Positions 59,633 through 64,000 of a stretch of DNA of 64,000 nt are shown piece by piece (position 1 is the stretch's first letter; each line of letters opens with the position of its first letter). The stretch is from Rickettsiales bacterium. GTDB taxonomy: Bacteria; Pseudomonadota; Alphaproteobacteria; Rickettsiales; JAIXRX01. The translations under genes were made by a program, and so were the position numbers. The DNA is taken from assembly GCA_965247145.1 (NCBI GenBank), contig CBDFGH010000008.1:32345-96344 (forward strand), given 5' to 3'. Below the pieces are notes generated by a model. It was not told the origin of the DNA. It searched no databases and saw nothing but the letters and a program-made list of their open reading frames with translations.

Positions 59633-60663
59633 GTCGAACCATCCTTCCAATCGCCATCGCAGCAGATCAAGGTGGTGCCGGAAGTGCCTTTCGCTCGTGT
59701 ATCGCCGTGGCGTATGCCCCCCGCTGCCAAAGGAAGCGGATTGGTGCCGGTAAACTTGATGCGCTGCACGCAATTTTCCGGTTGGTTCTTCATGACTGTG
59801 GTTGCGCCCGAGGGCTCGTAGCCGCAACGTACAGGCGGCTGGCAATTTCTCTTTTCCACCAGTATCGGCACTACGACATCGTCGAATACGCCATCTTCGT
59901 TGTGCCAGTTGTCGGCGGTGTAGCGCTGCAGATCGCTGTCGAAATCGCAGTTGGTGGAATCGTAGCCGTTGGCGACGCAACTCTGCATGGTACCGTAAGA
60001 ACTGATGGCGCCGTTTTGGTTGGGCCCGGCACTGATGAGCAGGCCTACCGGGCGTTGCACACCGGCATTGAGCAGCGGCCAACCGCGCAGATCATTGGGC
60101 GTGGTGCTGCCCACGCTGTATATTTGGAACGGCGATCCGTAGGCGGTGGGCAGGACGGTGGGCGAAACACCGGCCGTGGTATTGGCCAATTGCGTATCCA
60201 TCACATAGACGATCTTATTTCCCCAGCCGTCCAGCATCGCGTCTTGCGGCAGGTTCAAGGCCATCACCGGCACGGCGCCTGCCACCACGGTACTGCCGGC
60301 ATTGCAGAATACGCCCTGGTAACTCTTGGTGGTGGGGTCGCAATTACCAGGAATGGCGGCTTTCCAGCAATCCAGCACTGGCTTTTGGAAAGCGGTGGCG
60401 GTGTAGGAACGGTCATAGCGTGCCGGGCATGGCAGAATGCGGTGCCCGACATCGTATTTGCTGTAATTCTGGATCGCCAGTTCGATCATGCGCAGCCGCA
60501 CCTGGGTCGTGCGCAGGCGTTTGCGCGACTCACTCGCTTCGTTGGGCAGAAGCAGCACCACCGCCGCACTCAGCACCAGCAGAATCGCGGCGATGGCGAT
60601 CAAGGTGAACCCCGCCTCCGAAGCATGCGAGCCGATGATGGGGCGCGGGGGCGCGGGGTGCAT
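59623..60663 (-). CDS. Prepilin-type minor pilin/pseudopilin lacking Glu5
   Basis: EAG|FTLIAIAAIL; LPCPA, GAVP...L.LP, DGWGNKIVY, LISAGPN, FDDVV. Confidence 0.87.
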   Translation of the reverse strand: MHPAPPRPIIGSHASEAGFTLIAIAAILLVLSAAVVLLLPNEASESRKRLRTTQVRLRMIELAIQNYSKYDVGHRILPCPARYDRSYTATAFQKPVLDCWKAAIPGNCDPTTKSYQGVFCNAGSTVVAGAVPVMALNLPQDAMLDGWGNKIVYVMDTQLANTTAGVSPTVLPTAYGSPFQIYSVGSTTPNDLRGWPLLNAGVQRPVGLLISAGPNQNGAISSYGTMQSCVANGYDSTNCDFDSDLQRYTADNWHNEDGVFDDVVVPILVEKRNCQPPVRCGYEPSGATTVMKNQPENCVQRIKFTGTNPLPLAAGGIRHGDTRAKGTSGTTLICCDGDWKDGSTCP

Positions 60664-60665
60664 CG

Positions 60666-61553
60666 CTAAAATTGATACGCGGTTTTCCAGCGCACGAAAT
60701 CATCGAAATACGTCGCGGTGGTATCGCTGTAGGTGATGGTGGCGTCGCGGAAAATATTGTTGAACTGGGGCACGGTGATATGGGCATTGGTCTCCTCGAT
60801 CGGACCGCCGCCAATGGTGCCGATGGTGCTGATATTGCGGCGCGCTATGCCGCTGGTGGCGCGATTCGCCCAGGCACCGAAACCGTTGGCGCCATAGGAA
60901 AACAAGACGTAGACCGCCCGTGCGCCCGGCCCCACGGCAGCACAATCGCCGCCGCAATTGGTTTTTTCGTTGCCGTTGGCGTCCTGAATGATGATCGCCG
61001 CCGCGCCGGCAGCGGTGGTGTCCGTGTTCCAGCAAGTCGTCGCGCTTGTGACGCCGCGCGTGTAATTGTTATCCACCACATACATGATGCGATTGTTCCA
61101 GCCATCGAACGCATAGGCATCCGGTATGCTCAGCGTGCGCGTGGGCACCACCCCGACCAGAGTATAACGCGCCTGATCGACGTTGCCCGATCCCCAACAA
61201 GCGGCGGCGCGAGTGCCGTTGCCGAACGCGTAATAGGCATTGGGATGTCCGCCCGCGCAATCCTGCCGCCCGAAGGGGTTCGAGGAAACTTCGTCGATCC
61301 CCGCATCACCCCGCGCTGGACAAGGCAGCGTGCCGTAAGTCTGCACATACAATTTTAATGCATCTTCCACGCGGTCGAGGCGATTGCGCGTTTCCTCTAC
61401 GCGGCCCGCCTGCAGTTTATCTGCATAAATGGAAAGCCCGCCGCCCATGATCACCGCGATGATAGTGAGCACGATGGCCAGCTCGATCAGCGTAAAACCC
61501 ACGCGGTTTGCGCGCTGGGCGACATGCAGAGGTGAGGGGTGGAAATGCGGCAT
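60666..61553 (-). CDS. Prepilin-type N-terminal cleavage/methylation protein
   Basis: RVG|FTLIELAIVL; LPCPA, GVVPTRTL, DGWNNRIMY, SYGANG, FDDFVRW. Confidence 0.92.
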   Translation of the reverse strand: MPHFHPSPLHVAQRANRVGFTLIELAIVLTIIAVIMGGGLSIYADKLQAGRVEETRNRLDRVEDALKLYVQTYGTLPCPARGDAGIDEVSSNPFGRQDCAGGHPNAYYAFGNGTRAAACWGSGNVDQARYTLVGVVPTRTLSIPDAYAFDGWNNRIMYVVDNNYTRGVTSATTCWNTDTTAAGAAAIIIQDANGNEKTNCGGDCAAVGPGARAVYVLFSYGANGFGAWANRATSGIARRNISTIGTIGGGPIEETNAHITVPQFNNIFRDATITYSDTTATYFDDFVRWKTAYQF

Positions 61554-61606
61554 GCGAAAACCTTCGGCGGCGAAGCGGTTTGGGAATCAGACTAGGCCGG
61601 ATAGGT

Positions 61607-61621
61607 TGAATATTTGGTTAA
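61607..61621 (-). promoter_or_regulatory. CtrA-like box upstream of the pilin operon
   Basis: Minus strand TTAA-CCAAATA-TTCA, one mismatch to TTAA-N7-TTAA, about 55 bp upstream of the first pilin ATG. Confidence 0.5.
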
Positions 61622-61887
61622 GATTGCCGCGAATGTCGTGGGCTTTCCAGGGGCTCGGTGGTCCCTGCGTCATTTCGAACCACCTGATATTCACCCTCGA
61701 TCGCACTCGGTACAGAGTTCGGCTGTGGATGGGCGCGCATGGAGCGGCGGAAACGGTGTATCCGCCATGCTAGGAAAACCGCCAGCACGCTGCCCAGCAA
61801 TACCAAAAACACAGTCCCGAAAATCAGCGCCACCAGCAGCAAGCCGCCCAGCGCGATGGAACCGATGGCCCCGAGGATGAAGGCCAT
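61618..61887 (-). CDS. Small hypothetical membrane protein
   Basis: Hydrophobic N-terminal half and AIEGEYQVV tail; starts 2 nt after the fliP stop. Confidence 0.7.
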   Translation of the reverse strand: MAFILGAIGSIALGGLLLVALIFGTVFLVLLGSVLAVFLAWRIHRFRRSMRAHPQPNSVPSAIEGEYQVVRNDAGTTEPLESPRHSRQS

Positions 61888-61889
61888 GT

Positions 61890-62690
61890 CTACCCGCCCC
61901 CAACCCCGATGCCGTAGCTTTTCACCAAACTGCCCGCCACCATGTACCAGCCATCCACCAGCACGAAGAAAATGAGCTTGAAGGGCAGCGAGATCATCAC
62001 CGGCGGCAGCATCATCATCCCCATCGACATCAATACGGAGGCGACCAGCATGTCGATGATAAGAAACGGTATGAAGATCAGGAAGCCGATTTCGAACGCG
62101 CGCTTGAGTTCGGTGAGCATGAAGGCCGGAATGAGCACCTGATAGGGCGTCTCTTCGGCTTTTTCCACTTTCAGATTCGGTTGCATCTGCATGAAGAGTT
62201 CGATGTCCTTGTCGCGCACATGGGAAAGCATGAAACCGCGGAACGGCTCGGCGGCGGCCTTGATCGCCTCCTCCTCGCCCATGCGCTCTTCCATCAGCGG
62301 CTTGATGCCGTCTTCGTAGGATTTCTCGAAGACCGGGGCCATGATGAAGAGCGTGAGGAACAGCGCCAGGCTGGTCAGCACCTGGTTCGGCGGCGTGGTC
62401 TGCAGCCCGATGGCGTTGCGCAGAAAAGACAGCACCACGATGATGCGGGTGAAGGAGGTCATCATGACGAGGATGGAAGGCGCGAGTGCCAGCACGGTGA
62501 CCAGCAACAGAATTTGAATCACCCGCGCACTGGCCGACCCGCTGGAAGGCCCGCCCATGCCCGCCACGTTCAGCGAGAATTGCTGCGCATGCGCGAGTTG
62601 GGGCAAGGCGAAGATTGCAGCGAATATCAACGCAGCGACCACCCAGCCAAACGCGCCGTCGCTGCGAAAGCCGCCCCCCAATCGCGTCAC
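61890..62690 (-). CDS. fliP: Flagellar export pore protein FliP
   Basis: MTSFTRIIVVLS, PPNQV, ELKRAFEIGF, MGMMMLPP, FVLVDGW. GTG start chosen from a GAGGG RBS; the frame stays open to 62837. Confidence 0.97.
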   Translation of the reverse strand: MTRLGGGFRSDGAFGWVVAALIFAAIFALPQLAHAQQFSLNVAGMGGPSSGSASARVIQILLLVTVLALAPSILVMMTSFTRIIVVLSFLRNAIGLQTTPPNQVLTSLALFLTLFIMAPVFEKSYEDGIKPLMEERMGEEEAIKAAAEPFRGFMLSHVRDKDIELFMQMQPNLKVEKAEETPYQVLIPAFMLTELKRAFEIGFLIFIPFLIIDMLVASVLMSMGMMMLPPVMISLPFKLIFFVLVDGWYMVAGSLVKSYGIGVGGG

Positions 62691-62796
62691 TGTTCCCTCA
62701 CTCTCATACTCTGCAGTGGATGCGGAGTACTGACGGGACGGAGCGGCACGCCGCATCCACTGCGGAGTGTGAAAAAATAGAAGTTCGTGGCATGGC

Positions 62797-62823
62797 TGGA
62801 TTCCGGCCTGCGCCGGGATGACG
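62797..62823. repeat. Half copy of a GTCATCCCGGCG palindromic element
   Basis: Minus strand CGTCATCCCGGCGCAGGCCGGAATCCA, in the fliO-fliP gap. Confidence 0.75.
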
Positions 62824-62833
62824 GGGCTAATAT

Positions 62834-63172
62834 TCACTGGGCATCTCCTTCAACCGCCGCAGCGGCAATCTCTGGCAGCACGATGCCCTGCTCCACCACC
62901 TGCGCGCCCTGCGGACCCACGCAAATCAAATGTCCCACATCGCCCCGGCGCACCAACAGCAGCCGCGTTTTGGGGTCGAGATGCAGGGTGCTTTCGATCT
63001 TCATTTTCAGGCTGGGATCCAGGCCCGTGCCCTGCCCGAACAAACGGCGGCCCTGCACGCGCTGCACAATCCAGGCCACGCACAGCAGCAGCACGACCAC
63101 CACCGCCAGCGAAAAGGCGGCGCGGCCGAATTGCGCCAGAGGCTCGCTCATCGCATGGTCGTGCGGATTCAT
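62834..63172 (-). CDS. fliO: Flagellar biosynthesis protein FliO-like
   Basis: N-terminal TM, LHLDPKTRLLLVRR...HLI; directly upstream of fliP. Confidence 0.8.
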   Translation of the reverse strand: MNPHDHAMSEPLAQFGRAAFSLAVVVVLLLCVAWIVQRVQGRRLFGQGTGLDPSLKMKIESTLHLDPKTRLLLVRRGDVGHLICVGPQGAQVVEQGIVLPEIAAAAVEGDAQ

Positions 63173-63525
63173 TCGTCGTCCTTCTTTCCGGTGGGCGTAG
63201 CGCCGCGCATGCCGTAAGCCCGGTGAGCCTGCTGACGGGCTTGCAGATTCTCCAATTCGTCGCGCACCTGGTCCCGCGCTTCGGTGGTGGCGGTGCCCAA
63301 AGTGCCGAAAGCGGCGGCCAACATCTCCAATCGCGGCGCGTAGCTCTGCGCTTCCTCGGTGGGCAAGGCAAGCACTTGGCGGCAGAGCCGCGCCACTTCG
63401 TCATCCACGCCCTGCATATCATCCGGCGTTCCGGCGTCCAGCGCCTGGGCGCAATGGCGCAGATGTGTTTCCAGCGCGTCCAGGCGCTCGGTGGGGTTCA
63501 AGGATTCCGGCAGGCTCCAGCGCAT
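63169..63525 (-). CDS. Hypothetical helical protein in flagellar operon
   Basis: Translationally coupled on both sides; coiled-coil-like with AHRAY tail. Confidence 0.7.
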   Translation of the reverse strand: MRWSLPESLNPTERLDALETHLRHCAQALDAGTPDDMQGVDDEVARLCRQVLALPTEEAQSYAPRLEMLAAAFGTLGTATTEARDQVRDELENLQARQQAHRAYGMRGATPTGKKDDE

Positions 63526-63879
63526 CTATCCCTCGATCACATCGTTCGCCTGCGGGCGGTGGATGGCGTCCGTCCCGCGCGGCTGGCTTAGGCGCGCTTC
63601 CTGCGCATTCGCCTTATAGACATAGCTTAAAATCTCGGCCACCGCCGCATAGGCCTCCAGCGGAATCAGGCTATCCACTTCCAGCATGCCCAGAATCTCG
63701 GCCAGCGGCGCGTCTTCGCGTACCTTGATGCCGTTCGCGAAGGCGATATTGAGGATCTGCTCGGCGATGGCGCCCTGCCCGCTGGCGGAAACGCGGGGTG
63801 CGGCATCCTTGCCCGCCTCGTATTGCAGGGCGACGGCGATGGATTTGGCGGGTTTCTGCGGTTCGTCAGCGCGTGCCAT
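63526..63879 (-). CDS. FlhB C-terminal-like (EscU/YscU/HrcU family) export switch protein
   Basis: AVALQY...APRV.ASGQG.IAEQI...IPLEAYAAVAEILSYVY. Confidence 0.9.
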   Translation of the reverse strand: MARADEPQKPAKSIAVALQYEAGKDAAPRVSASGQGAIAEQILNIAFANGIKVREDAPLAEILGMLEVDSLIPLEAYAAVAEILSYVYKANAQEARLSQPRGTDAIHRPQANDVIEG

Positions 63880-64000
63880 CGCCGCCTCCGCCATTCTCGT
63901 CGTCCCAGTTGGAAAGCGCCTGCATCCAATCATCCGGGCCGTTCATTTCGCCGGTGGCGGCGGCGCGGTTCTCGGCGCTGATCTTATCGTGAATTTCTTT
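63866..64000 (-). CDS. 3' end of an unidentified protein (partial)
   Basis: Open frame KEIHDKISAENR...GDGTR* from the window end; stop overlaps the next start. Confidence 0.5.
   Translation of the reverse strand, partial: KEIHDKISAENRAAATGEMNGPDDWMQALSNWDDENGGGGDGTR

Noticed and set aside
59633-60082. N-terminal 150-aa extension of the 737-aa ORF, and similar extensions on rph, rdgB, lysS, dut and the Rrf2 gene
   Set aside because: They overlap upstream genes and lie before clear family N-termini or prepilin motifs; starts were trimmed.
56278-61553. Complete diversity-generating retroelement
   Set aside because: No reverse transcriptase and no adenine-variant template repeat seen in the window.

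Overview
GC-rich alphaproteobacterial chromosome segment. Gene content suggests a free-living or early-branching Rickettsiales-like lineage (inference from class I LysRS, rvh-like VirB8/VirB9 and flagellar export genes alongside argH, lysA and cysK). Bases 1-46000 are mostly housekeeping genes: polA, irr, moeB, cysK, dut, coaBC, ubiB, ubiE, mutM, rpsT, dnaA, dsbD-like, rdgB, rph, grpE, ftsX/ftsE, plsC, hpt, lysA, argH, lysS, spmAB and tsaE-amgK-murU. These are interrupted by a few orphan ORFs and by a family of GTCAT...ATGAC palindromic repeats. A different palindrome sits in frame inside coaBC, and two GTCAT repeats flank an apparent inversion of ftsX-ydcF-plsC. The most unusual part is 46027-61553. 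It holds a 2769-aa secreted Cys-rich protein divergent from an isolated virB8-virB9 pair. That pair converges on a tight five-gene operon of three prepilin-type proteins (one with interleaved thrombospondin type-1 repeats) and two paralogous secreted DUF1566/Lcl-like proteins. The operon is preceded by a CtrA-like box and lies next to fliP/fliO. This looks like a candidate undescribed surface attachment or contact system. No rRNA, tRNA, CRISPR array, transposase or reverse transcriptase was recognised. All family assignments come from reading motifs by eye, not from database searches.
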